A DNA stretch of 64,000 nt from an uncultured Acidobacteriaceae bacterium (GTDB taxonomy: Bacteria; Acidobacteriota; Terriglobia; Terriglobales; Acidobacteriaceae): positions 22,635 to 86,634 of the forward strand of contig CAWBSN010000026.1 in assembly GCA_963791445.1 (NCBI GenBank). Direction: 5' to 3'. The position numbers and the translations under genes are program-made. Shown here piece after piece: positions 30,348-40,049 of this stretch (positions are counted from its first letter, which is position 1; every line of letters begins with the position of its first letter). The notes under the pieces were generated by a model that worked only from the letters and a program-made list of their open reading frames with translations, had not been told where the DNA came from and ran no database searches.

Positions 30348-32456
30348 CTACTCTTCCTCTTCCTTCACCTCGCCCCGCGCCGCCTTAGCCTTCTCAATAA
30401 TCTTCTCCTGCAGCTGTCCCGGCACCGTATCGTAGTGATGCATCTCCATGTTGAAACTGCCACGGCCTTGCGTCATCGAAGTCAAATCCACTCCGTAAGT
30501 CAGCATTTCCGCCATCGGCACTTCAGCTTTCACCACCGTATTGCCGCCCTTGTTATCCATGCCCTGGATGCGCCCCCGCCGGCTGTTCAAGTCGCCCATA
30601 ATGGATCCCGCAAACTCGTCCGGCACCGTAATCTCGACCACCATGACCGGCTCGAGCAGCGTGGGCTTGGCCACTTCCATCGCCTTCTTGAACGCGATGC
30701 GTCCCGCCATCTGAAACGACAAATCATTCGAGTCGACATCGTGATACGACCCGTCATACAGAATCACCCGGAAGTCGACCACCGGAAATCCCGCCAGATA
30801 CCCGCGCGCCGCCGCGTCCTTGATTCCCTTTTCCACCGCCGGAATAAAGTTCTTCGGGATCGCGCCGCCGAAAATATCGTTCACAAACTCAAACTGTCCG
30901 CCCCGCGGCATAGGCTCCATCTTGATCTTGCAATCGCCGTACTGCCCATGCCCGCCAGTCTGTTTCTTGTGCCGTCCCTGCACATCAGCTTTGGCGCGAA
31001 TCGTCTCGCGGTAGGGAACCTTGGGCGCTTTCAAAACCACTTCCGTGTGATACCGCTTCTTCAGCTTCGAAACGATCACTTCAATATGCTGCTGCCCGGT
31101 GCCCGCGATCAGAAACTCCTTGGTCTGCGGATCGCGAAAGAATCGCAGCATCGCATCTTCTTCCATCAGCTTATGGATCCCCGGCCCCAGCTTGTCTTCA
31201 TCGGCGCGGCTCTTGGGCTCAATCGCAAACGTAATCGCCGGCTCCGGCAGCTTCACCCTCGGATACTGAATCGGCGCCGCCTTGTCTCCCAACGTGTCGC
31301 CGGTCAGCGTGTCTTTCAATTTCGCGACGGCCCCAATGTCCCCAGCATGCAGCTCCGTCACCGGAACGGCCGTCTTCCCTTGCATGATGGAAATATGTGA
31401 CAGCTTCTCCGCCGACCCGCGCGAGAAGTTCTGTACAGTCGCCTCATTCTTGAGCACGCCGGAAAAAACTTTGAAATACGAAATCCTCCCGGCAAACGCG
31501 TCCGAAATCGTCTTGAACACATACAGTGAAACTGGCTCTGCGTCCGTCTCATGCCGCTTCGGCGCGTCTCCATTCCCCGACGCCGCCGGTTCACCCTGCA
31601 CCCATTCATGCTCGGAAGGCGCCGGAGTGTAGTCCACAATAAAATCCATCACACGGTCGGCCCCAATGTTCCCGAGCCCCGAAGCAAAGACAACCGGGAA
31701 GAGTCTGTCTTCGCGAATCGCGTTATGCAGCGCCGGAATCAAATCCTCCTCGGGAATGGTCCCCTTCTCGAAGAACTCCTCCATCAGCTTGTCATCGCCC
31801 TCAGCCACCAGCTCCACCAGTTGCTCATGCGACTCCTGCACCTGAGCTCGCATGCTGGCCGGGATTTCCGTCTCTTTGCCTTTTCCATTCCCTCCCAACT
31901 CGTAGGTGTAAGCCTTCATGCGCACCAGGTCGACGACGCCGCTCAAACTCTTCTCGCTCCCGATGGGCAGCTCAATCGGAATCACATTCCGTCCAAACGC
32001 ATTGATCAGCGACTCCAGCACGCGCTCCGCATTCGCCCGGTCCCGGTCCATGCGGTTCACCACAATCAGCCGCGGAGTCTTGTACTCCTCGCAATCCTTC
32101 CACACCCGCTGTGTCACTACTTCCACGCCCGCCACGCCGTCCACCACCACAATCGCCGCGTCCACCACCGGCAGCACCATCCGGGCCTCGTGGACAAACA
32201 TATTGAACCCGGGCGTATCAATCACATTGATCTTCGTTTTGCCCCACTCCACGTAAGCCGCCGCGGCGGCAATCGACATCTTTCGCGCAATTTCTTCCTC
32301 GTCATGATCGGTAGTCGCCGACCCGTCGTCCACCCGCCCCAGCCGCGGCGTTGCCCCCGCCGTGTACAGCATGGCCGAAAGCAGCGATGTCTTCCCCGCA
32401 TGCCCATGCCCCACCACCGCGACATTACGAATGTTTTCCCCGGTATAGACTTTCAC
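30348..32456 (-). CDS. Elongation factor G family GTPase (not in an rpsG-tuf context, so possibly an EF-G paralogue)
   Basis: GTG 32456 follows GAAGGAG. VVGHGHAGKTSL, DTPGF and NRMD G-motifs, plus EF-G domains II-V. Confidence 0.9.
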   Translation of the reverse strand: MKVYTGENIRNVAVVGHGHAGKTSLLSAMLYTAGATPRLGRVDDGSATTDHDEEEIARKMSIAAAAAYVEWGKTKINVIDTPGFNMFVHEARMVLPVVDAAIVVVDGVAGVEVVTQRVWKDCEEYKTPRLIVVNRMDRDRANAERVLESLINAFGRNVIPIELPIGSEKSLSGVVDLVRMKAYTYELGGNGKGKETEIPASMRAQVQESHEQLVELVAEGDDKLMEEFFEKGTIPEEDLIPALHNAIREDRLFPVVFASGLGNIGADRVMDFIVDYTPAPSEHEWVQGEPAASGNGDAPKRHETDAEPVSLYVFKTISDAFAGRISYFKVFSGVLKNEATVQNFSRGSAEKLSHISIMQGKTAVPVTELHAGDIGAVAKLKDTLTGDTLGDKAAPIQYPRVKLPEPAITFAIEPKSRADEDKLGPGIHKLMEEDAMLRFFRDPQTKEFLIAGTGQQHIEVIVSKLKKRYHTEVVLKAPKVPYRETIRAKADVQGRHKKQTGGHGQYGDCKIKMEPMPRGGQFEFVNDIFGGAIPKNFIPAVEKGIKDAAARGYLAGFPVVDFRVILYDGSYHDVDSNDLSFQMAGRIAFKKAMEVAKPTLLEPVMVVEITVPDEFAGSIMGDLNSRRGRIQGMDNKGGNTVVKAEVPMAEMLTYGVDLTSMTQGRGSFNMEMHHYDTVPGQLQEKIIEKAKAARGEVKEEEE

Positions 32457-32650
32457 CAATAGGCTCCTTCGCAGGCGTGGAAAAAGAGAAGGCCCAGAAT
32501 TCAGAATCCAGACTTCACGATGAAGACCAGCGCAGCATACAGGCCAGCCCAACTTACCTGCCAAAACCTAGGATGCTACCACGCGGCAAGCGGCCACTCA
32601 ACCCGCGACGATTCGTGCAAACAACCAGCAGCCGTTGTATCATCCTTCGC

Positions 32651-32953
32651 ATGCTGGGCGACCGCACCCACGAGCAGTGGATCTCCCAATACTCCTCCAG
32701 CCACCAGAACCGCATAAACCGGCTCTGCCACACCCTGGGCATCCCAACCATCGTGCTCTCGATCGCAGTTTTTCTAGCGAGTATCTTCGTCCATCGCCTC
32801 TGGCCCTATGCATTAGCTCTGTTTATCCTAGGGTGGCTTCTCCAATTCATCGGCCACGCCTTCGAAGGCAAGCCCCCGGAGTTCTTCAGCGACTGGCGTT
32901 TCCTGTTCGTCGGCGTCCGCTGGTGGTGGGCCAAGATCCAGGGCAAAGCTTGA
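32651..32953 (+). CDS. DUF962 (Mpo1-like) membrane protein
   Basis: …YSSSHQNRINRLCHTLGIP…FIGHAFEGKPPEFFSDWRFL… pattern. Confidence 0.7.
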   Translation: MLGDRTHEQWISQYSSSHQNRINRLCHTLGIPTIVLSIAVFLASIFVHRLWPYALALFILGWLLQFIGHAFEGKPPEFFSDWRFLFVGVRWWWAKIQGKA

Positions 32954-32971
32954 GACTCGCCTTTAGGATCT

Positions 32972-33058
32972 GTCATCCTGAGCGGAGAGACGCGGTTCGC
33001 GAAGCGAAGCGCGTGTCGGAGTCGAAGAGCCTGCCCCGAGCGAAGCCGAGGGGATCCC
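32972..33058 (+). repeat. GTCATCC-type hairpin repeat with a GAGCCTGCCC module inserted in its 3' end
   Basis: GTCATCCTGAGCGGAG…GTCGAAG | AGCCTGCCCCGAGCGAAGCCGAGGG | GATCCC. Deleting the 25-nt insert restores GTCGAAGGATCCC. Confidence 0.75.
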
Positions 33059-33191
33059 TCGCATCTTTTCGGCATCCGCAGCTTCGTGGGGATCTTTCAT
33101 CATTGGCGTAGCAGTTTCCCCGCCAACTGCGCGCAGCCTCGTTCTTGCTTTCGTCAACCGCAAGTTGGTAAGCTTCAAACACCGAAGCACC

Positions 33192-33542
33192 ATGCATCGC
33201 CTGACCGCAAGACTGCTGCTGTTCTTTGCACTCGTGGGAACCGTTGCCCCACTGGCGCTGGCAGCGAATGCTGCTCCGCCTCATTCCTGTTGTCTCCGCA
33301 AAGCGCATCACTGCCACGACGCGGCGGTTTCCGAATCCGATCAGCTCGTCATCCGCGACGCTTGTTGCTGTAACCACGATTGCGGCCGAGCGACCATCTC
33401 AACCCAATGGGCTCACCCTGAGTCGCAAGCTGCAGCCTTTTTCCTGCAAGCCATTAGTGCTCGCGTAGCCGCAACCCAGCCGGACTCCCCGGCCACGGCC
33501 CCAGCAGAATTCCAATCCACCCGCGCCCCGCCCGCCTGCTGA
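33192..33542 (+). CDS. Secreted Cys/His-rich small protein of unknown family
   Basis: Signal peptide MHRLTARLLLFFALVGTVAPLALA. Motifs HSCCLRKAHHCHD and DACCCNHDC. Lies directly upstream of a TonB-dependent receptor. Confidence 0.5.
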   Translation: MHRLTARLLLFFALVGTVAPLALAANAAPPHSCCLRKAHHCHDAAVSESDQLVIRDACCCNHDCGRATISTQWAHPESQAAAFFLQAISARVAATQPDSPATAPAEFQSTRAPPAC

Positions 33543-33686
33543 AGTTGTCTCCGAAATCGAATCAAGTTCCGCTTGCCTGACGCAAGCGCGCGTTCTCGGC
33601 CGCAACGTTTTCCGTTCGCCGCCGAAGCCAACACAGGCGCCTTCCCTGCAAGTCGCCCTAACCCGATGCAGAGAATGGAGACATTT

Positions 33687-35961
33687 ATGAGACAAATTGC
33701 TAGCTTGACGGCAGTTGTTTTATTCCTGAGTGCCGCGGCATTCGCCACGATCTTCGGTTCCGTTCGCGGCGTCGTTCACGATCCTCAGCACCGCCCCATT
33801 CAAGGCGCGCACGTCACGCTGAAAGCTCAAAACTCCGACTGGACGCGCTCCTTCGATTCCAGCGACAACGGGGAGTTTGACTTTACCTCAGTCCCACTCG
33901 GTAACTACACCGTGACTGTGTCCTCGAAGGGCTTCCAGCAAATGCAACAAGGCGTGATCGTTCAGTCCGACACCAGCCCGGTGCTTCATTTCGGCTTGGT
34001 TGTCGCGGGGACGCGGGAGAATGTTGAGGTTTCCGAAATTCCCGTCGAAGCCACCACCCAAAGCGTCACTCCGACCGTCACTCTCAACCGCATCGACATC
34101 CAGGAGACTCCGGGAGCCGACCGCACCAATGGCATGGAAATGATCACCGACTACGTCCCCGCCGCCTACGTCGTGCACGACATGCTCCACATGCGCGGAG
34201 GCCATCAGGTCGAGTGGCTCATCGACGGCGTTCCCATCCCCAACACCAACATCGCCAACAATCTCGGCCCTCAGATCGATCCCAAGGACATTGACTATCT
34301 CGAAGTCCAGCGCGGCAGCTATGACGCCGACTACGGCGACCGCACTTACGGCATATTCAACATCGTCCCCCGCACCGGCTTCGAGCGCGATCGGGACTGC
34401 GATTTCGTCATTACCGCCGGCAATTTCTACCAGACCAACGACCAGATCAGTTGCGGAAGCCACACCGCCCGCTCCGCTTATTACGGCAGCCTCAACGGCA
34501 ACCGCAGCCAGTACGGCCTGCAGACGCCCATTCCGCAGACCGTCAACGATGCCGCCAACGGCTTCGGCGGATTCACTTCCATTCATCTTTAATCCCGATC
34601 CCAAAAACCAGTTCCGCGTCGTAGGCTCTCTCCGTCGCGACTACTATCAGATTCCCATCGACCCCGACCCCAACTCCATCACCAACGTCTACTACCCCAG
34701 TTCCGGGCTGCACGACGCCGAGGTCGAGCCCGATGGCTACGCCACCTTCTCGTGGGTTCACACATTTGACCCAAATACTCTGCTGACCGTTTCTCCGTTC
34801 TATCACTACAACGGCGCCGACTATCACGGCGGGCCGAACGACATCCCGGTCATCTCCACCGTAACCCAGACCGCCCAATATGGAGGAGCGCAGGTAGCGC
34901 TCAATGCCAACGTCAAGCGCAATGATATTCAGGCTGGCGTTTATGGATTCGCCCAGCATCAGTACAACTACTTTTTCAACGATTACACCGACGGCACCAC
35001 GAATGTTCCCCCGTCGTCGATCGGTGTGAACGGAGGTGTCGCCGCCTTCTTCATCAACGACAAATTCAAAGTCACGCCGTGGCTCACCCTCATCGCAGGC
35101 CTTCGCGAAACCGCATTCAGCTCCACCATCTCCGAAAACGCCACCGATCCTCGTCTTGGAGCCGCAATCCGGATTCCTCGCCTGAATTGGGTCTTCCGCG
35201 GCTTTTACGGTTACTTCTACCAGGCTCCGCCGCTTTCAACCCCAACCACTCAGCTGCAAACTCTGGCCGCCGGTCAGAGCTTTGCCTTCGCTCCGCTGCA
35301 CGGTGAACGTGACATCGAGTGGCAATTCGGTGTGACGATCCCCCTCCACGGATGGACCCTCGATGCCGACAACTTTGAAACCCGCGCCCACAATTGGCTC
35401 GATCACAATAACATTGGCGAGTCGAATATCTTCTGGCCCATCACCTGGTCCTATGCGCAGATTCAAGGCTGGGAACTCACACTGCGCTCGCCCAATGTTT
35501 TGCATCACGGCCAGTTCCATCTCGCCTACTCCAACCAGATCGCGCAGGCAACCTCGCCCATCACCGGAGGTCTAGTCTGCCCCCAGCCGATCACTCCATC
35601 GTGTGGCCTCGATATCCCCTACGGTCTTTCTCCCGTGGATCACGATCAGCGCAATACGCTGAACGTCGGTTTCAACGGCAGCCTGCCGGGCCATGCCTAT
35701 GCCTCCACGAATGTATATTACGGATCAGGATTCACCAACGGGTTGCCAGGCGTGCAATATCCCGGCAACTATCTGCCCAGCCACAGCGCTGTGGATCTTT
35801 CGCTGGGCAAGACTTTCGCCGAGAACTATACGGTTTCCGTGACAGCCGTCAATGTCGCGAACCGCCGCGTGCAGCTCGACAATAGTCTGACTTTCGGCGG
35901 ATTCCACTGGGACGAACCGCGTCAAATCTACGCAGAGTTCCGCTACCGGTTTCACTTCTGA
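33687..35961 (+). CDS. TonB-dependent receptor with N-terminal carboxypeptidase-regulatory-like domain, frame break at about 34581
   Basis: ATG 33687 follows GGAGA. Signal peptide, CarboxypepD_reg-like region (…GAHVTLKAQNSDWTRSFDSSDNGEFDFTSVPLGNYTV), plug, and a beta-barrel ending …YAEFRYRFHF. The two ORFs join at …GFGGFTS/FIFNPDP. Confidence 0.85.
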
Positions 35962-36037
35962 AGCTGCAAGCCATGAAATCCGCAGCTATGATTGGAGAGA
36001 AGAGAGATTGCCCATGCCCTTGAGTCTGAATTCGCCC

Positions 36038-36950
36038 ATGCCCCGCGCAGTGCTCTTCTGCCTGTGTGCTCTGCTCGATGTTTTCCCCCGCCTGCAACCA
36101 CGCACCCTCCCAGCCCGGCGCCACAAAGGCCGAATCCGGCGCCAAGCGCTATGCCTTCAAGGGCAAAGTCGTGTCCGTCGATAAGAATGCCAGAACCGCC
36201 AACATCGACAACGAACCCGTCCCCGGCTTCATGGACCCGATGGTCATGCCCTACACCATCAAGCCCGCCTCCGCGCTCGATCAACTCCAGCCCGGCGACA
36301 CCATCACCGCCGATGTAGTCGTTCAACCGGACAACGTCCAGCCCGACAACACCTACTGGCTCGAAAACGTCAAAGTCGTCGCCCACTCACAAACCCCAGT
36401 GGATAAGCCCACATCCAATCTCCACATCCCATCTCCCGGAGACGAAGTACCCGACTTCAAGCTCGTCAACCAAAACGGCCAGCACACGTCCCTGCATCAG
36501 TACCGCGGCGAGACCTTGCTTCTAACGCTCATCTACACCCGTTGCCCGTTCCCCGATTTCTGCCCGCGCGTCAGCCACGAGTTTGCCGCGATCGACCGCC
36601 AGGTCCGCGCCGATCCCTCCCGCTACGGCAAGACTCACCTGCTCAGCATCAGCTTCGATCCCGCCCACGACACCCCCAAAGTTCTGCGCGCCTACGGATT
36701 CTCCTGCGCCGCGACCAAAGACCCCGCCCTGTTCACGCACTGGGAGTTCTCCGCGATTCCGCAGCCAGAGCTGCAGGAATTTGCCGACTACTTCGCTCTC
36801 ACCTACAACGAAGATGGTGGCCTGATCACGCACTCCCTCAGCACCGCCGTCATCTCTCCCGACGGAAAAATTTACCGTTGGTATCACGGCGCCGACTGGC
36901 AGGCCTCCGACCTGCTCCAGGACATCGCCGCAGCGCATTCCGCCAGCTAG
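36038..36950 (+). CDS. Lipoprotein fusing a CusF-like domain to an SCO1/SenC thioredoxin-fold domain; possible frame break near 36070-36080
   Basis: MPRAVLFCLCALL (frame of ATG 36038), then …MFSPACNH lipobox in the 36066 frame. GKVVSVDKNARTANIDNEPVPGFMDPMVMPYTI…GDTITADVV is CusF-like. YTRCPFPDFCP and a downstream His fit the SCO family. Confidence 0.75.
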
Positions 36951-36986
36951 GAAGATCTGTGAGAGATTAAGAAAGGGGAATATCCC

Positions 36987-37412
36987 ATGAGGTACGTTCT
37001 GGTCCTTCTCGCTTCGCTGGGAATCGTAGTCTCCGCCCTGGCCCTCCGCGAACATTACCGCACCGAAGGCGATGCCCCCTGCAGCATCAACGAGCGCTGG
37101 GACTGCGGCATCGTCAATAAAAGCCCCTACGCCGTTGTGCAAGGCACGGGCATTCCGGTAGCCGTCCTCGGCATCGCCGGATATCTCCTCATCGGCGCCC
37201 TAGCCGTGCGCCGCGCCTACAGTCTGCTCCTAGCCGCCGCCCTCATTGGACTAGCCTTCTCACTCTACCTCGCCCGCATCGAAGCCCACGTCCTCGGAGT
37301 CTGGTGCATTTACTGCGTAATCTCCCTCGTCGATATCTCGCTAATCACGCTGCTAGCCCTTGGAACCGCAGCCGCATCGCTATTCCGCAAGTCATCCGTA
37401 AGACCCTCGTAA
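36987..37412 (+). CDS. Vitamin K epoxide reductase (VKOR) family protein
   Basis: Four TM segments, a loop Cys pair (CSINERWDC) and the CIYC active-site motif. Confidence 0.85.
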   Translation: MRYVLVLLASLGIVVSALALREHYRTEGDAPCSINERWDCGIVNKSPYAVVQGTGIPVAVLGIAGYLLIGALAVRRAYSLLLAAALIGLAFSLYLARIEAHVLGVWCIYCVISLVDISLITLLALGTAAASLFRKSSVRPS

Positions 37413-37434
37413 CGCCAGGAAAATCGAAAAAGCA

Positions 37435-37505
37435 CATGTAGGGACGGGCGCATTCGTGAGCCTGCCCTGAGTGAAGCCGAAGGGCCCAGCGAGCAAGCGA
37501 GCCAG
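37435..37505 (+). repeat. CATGTRGGGAC-type repeat carrying a nested GAGCCTGCCC module
   Basis: CATGTAGGGACGGGCGCATTCGT-GAGCCTGCCCTGAGTGAAGCCGAAGGG-CCCAGCGAGCAAGCGAGCCAG. The end modules match 56185 and 57047. Confidence 0.6.
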
Positions 37506-37650
37506 ACATCTCCGATCAGCATTTTTACAATCTAACGAACCGGATAGGCATAAAATAGCGCTGTTCTCAAGGATGGAAGGGGATTCGTGCCCACGGGCCG
37601 AGGATCCCAGCCAGAGCCACCGCGTACCTTCGCCATGGAGGGAGCTTCCC

Positions 37651-38331
37651 ATGTTTCAGTTCATGTTTCGGATCAAGAGAAGTAGATCTTCCTGCTTGAT
37701 CACCGTAGCCGCCCTGCTATTAATCCTGTCCGTAGGGTGTGGCAGTAGCAACTCCATGAACAACAATATGTCGCAGGCCCAGGCCCAGGCGGTGGCGCAA
37801 CAGTTCGCACAAGCTCTCACTCAGGCTGTGAGCGGCGCAGTTCCCTCGACTGCGACCAGCGACACCCGTCCAAGCCTTTCCACGACGGTGAATGACATTC
37901 GCCCAGACGCCTTGCCGGGCTGCACTTCATCCTTGAGCGGCGAAACCTGCAACATTCCCATCTCCTTGACGAACTACCCTTGCGGCGGCCCTCAAGCCGG
38001 GACGATTTCCGTCACCGGCGACGTCGACGGCACTCTGACCAACACCGGCAGTGGCTCTCTAAGCACCCAACTCGCGATAACTCCGGCCAATTGTTCCGTT
38101 TCGAACCTGATCGTGAATGGCGATCCGAGCATCAACGTCGGTGGCGAAATAAACTTCACCAACAACGAAACCCCAGTGTTCCCCGTAACCTTCACAGAAA
38201 CCGGAGGCATCTCCTACGGCCCAAATCCCTCCGGAAGCTGTCAGGTCAACGCCACCTACACGATAAATTCTTCGCTCGCCTGTACGATCAGCGGGACAGT
38301 CTGCGGCCAGTCGGTCAGTGGAAGTTGCTGA
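37651..38331 (+). CDS. Cys-rich lipoprotein of unknown function
   Basis: ATG 37651 follows GGAGGGA. Lipobox LSVGC. Nine Cys in a Ser/Thr/Gly/Asn-rich mature chain. Confidence 0.6.
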   Translation: MFQFMFRIKRSRSSCLITVAALLLILSVGCGSSNSMNNNMSQAQAQAVAQQFAQALTQAVSGAVPSTATSDTRPSLSTTVNDIRPDALPGCTSSLSGETCNIPISLTNYPCGGPQAGTISVTGDVDGTLTNTGSGSLSTQLAITPANCSVSNLIVNGDPSINVGGEINFTNNETPVFPVTFTETGGISYGPNPSGSCQVNATYTINSSLACTISGTVCGQSVSGSC

Positions 38332-38353
38332 GGGCGAAATTGCTGAGGGTGGA

Positions 38354-38407
38354 GCAGGCCTTCAGGCCTGCGTCTAAGAGCATCAGGAGACAGCCGGGCT
38401 TTAGCCC
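38354..38407. repeat. Two small GC hairpins between convergent genes
   Basis: GCAGGCC-TTCA-GGCCTGC (38354-38371) and GGGC-TTTA-GCCC (38396-38407). Also direct repeat TTGCTGAGGG at 38325 and 38340. Confidence 0.45.
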
Positions 38408-38433
38408 CTGAGGTGCCCGCGCCAGCGCCAGCG

Positions 38434-38922
38434 CTAAATATCGAGACTCTTCACATCGAGCGCAAGGCGAGCCAGGCCGCCCCGGCTATCTGTCAGCAGA
38501 CTCCACGCCTCCTTGTAACACTCGTAACAGTAGCTCTTTTTCTTAGTAGGCGGCACGACCGGGCTGAGCATCACGCAGGTGATTCGCCGGACGCCCAGCA
38601 CCAACGATGCCGGGATCAGATACCACGCCTCCACCGGAATCACGTACGCGCCGAACAAGTCAACTTGTTCCAAAGTGTAGTCTTGCTTCTTCGCGTGGTT
38701 GGGTATCAGCTGACAGCAATAGCCATCCCCACGCCTGTAGCTGGTGGACTTAACCTGCACCCGCAGAAAGTTCGGCCCATGTTCGATTCCCACATCGTAA
38801 GCCCGAGTATCACCCCAGGGCTTACAAACCGCGAACCGCCGCCGTGCCGCCTCCGCCATGAACTGCAACTCCACCCACTCCCCGCGCTCTTTAAAGCTCT
38901 TGAATCCCTCCCAATACTTCAT
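38434..38922 (-). CDS. PD-(D/E)XK-type endonuclease-like protein (group I intron endonuclease-like family)
   Basis: …GEWVELQFMAEAARRRFAVCKPWGDTRAYDVGIEHGPNFLRVQVKST… resembles the small PDDEXK nuclease family. Assignment is by eye only. Confidence 0.5.
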   Translation of the reverse strand: MKYWEGFKSFKERGEWVELQFMAEAARRRFAVCKPWGDTRAYDVGIEHGPNFLRVQVKSTSYRRGDGYCCQLIPNHAKKQDYTLEQVDLFGAYVIPVEAWYLIPASLVLGVRRITCVMLSPVVPPTKKKSYCYECYKEAWSLLTDSRGGLARLALDVKSLDI

Positions 38923-38965
38923 CCCCCAGCCCTCCCCAAATCACCGCCACCCCCAAGAAGACGGC

Positions 38966-39010
38966 GTCATCCCGAAGCCCCGCGTTTTCTCGAGCGGGGC
39001 GAGGGATCTC
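38966..39010 (+). repeat. GTCATCC-type repeat variant
   Basis: GTCATCCCGAAG-CCCCGC-GTTTTCTCGA-GCGGGG-CGAGGGATCTC. Confidence 0.65.
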
Positions 39011-39080
39011 TGCGAGCGCGCACCGTCCACGCAAACGTTTTTCTTGAATTGCGCCCAGGCAGGACTAGGGCAAAAGAAAA

Positions 39081-39102
39081 GGCGCGACCGAGAGGCCGCG
39101 CC
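39081..39102. terminator. Orphan bidirectional terminator-like hairpin
   Basis: GGCGCGACC-GAGA-GGCCGCGCC, flanked by CAAAAGAAAA on the left and CTTTTCAAAATCTT on the right. Lies between divergent genes. Confidence 0.4.
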
Positions 39103-39374
39103 CTTTTCAAAATCTTAACCCTATATATCCAGAATACCAAGTTGGATGGGGTAAATGTGTCACCAAACCGAACTTTATATTCGCCTTCTTTCCTTCACCT
39201 TAGCCCCATTCGCGTAACTTCTACATATTGACAAGATTTTCCTAGACCCACCACGCGACCGCTGATCTGGAAGAAGACGAACCGTCGATGTGACTTGCGC
39301 GAATGAGGTCGGTACAATGCAATAGAAGAGTTGACCTTGCGCGTTTACGACTGTTCTTGAGTGATGGAGGTCTC

Positions 39375-40049
39375 ATGAGCCAAAACAACATCATGGAGAT
39401 TCCCATCTACGGCGTCTCCGAAGCTGCTCAATATCTGCGCGTGCCCCTAAATACGCTCCGATATTGGACGCGGGACGAGACGTCCGTCGGCGCGCTGGTT
39501 CGGCTGGCCGGAAAGGACCCCTTGCGCCTATCTTTCCATAACCTGCTGGAATGCCACATGATCAGCAGCATGCGCGCAGTGTACGACGTGCGCCTGCCAA
39601 AAGTCCGCAAAGCCTTGAAGGCACTGGCCAAGTACGTCCATCATGAGCATCCTCTGATCGAGCACGCGTTCCGAACCGATCGCAGAGATTTGTTCATCGA
39701 GCACTTGGGAAATATCGTCAACTTGTCCGGCAAAGAAGAACAGATTTTAATTCCCGACGTCATGAAGTTCTACCTTGAACGAATCGAGCGTGATCCTAAC
39801 GGCCTGTTCAAGCTGCACCCCTTTGTCATGGAACGCAAAGAGAGCGAGCCCAAACTCATTCAGCTAAATCCCGCGCTGGGCTTTGGCAAGCCCGTGATAA
39901 CAGGCACGGGGATTTCTACAGCGGTCATCGCTTCCCGTTTCAACGCCCGCGAATCGGTTCCTGATCTCGCTTCCGAATATGGCGTCGACCCCAAACAGAT
40001 CGAAGAAGCAATCCGTTGGGAGCAGAAGACGGCTGCCATCGCCGCCTGA
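39375..40049 (+). CDS. HTH + DUF433 protein (VapB45-like putative antitoxin)
   Basis: ATG 39375 follows GGAGG. N-terminal MerR-like HTH (…YGVSEAAQYLRVPLNTLRYWT…) and C-terminal DUF433-like segment (…GFGKPVITGTGISTAVIASRF…SVPDLASEYGV…IEEAIRWE). Confidence 0.7.
   Translation: MSQNNIMEIPIYGVSEAAQYLRVPLNTLRYWTRDETSVGALVRLAGKDPLRLSFHNLLECHMISSMRAVYDVRLPKVRKALKALAKYVHHEHPLIEHAFRTDRRDLFIEHLGNIVNLSGKEEQILIPDVMKFYLERIERDPNGLFKLHPFVMERKESEPKLIQLNPALGFGKPVITGTGISTAVIASRFNARESVPDLASEYGVDPKQIEEAIRWEQKTAAIAA

Noticed and set aside
38413-39231. A 272-aa + strand ORF covering the nuclease gene and the repeat-rich spacer.
   Set aside because: It is Pro/Arg/His-rich with low complexity and lies antisense to a better-supported ORF. 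It also runs through a repeat and a terminator hairpin.
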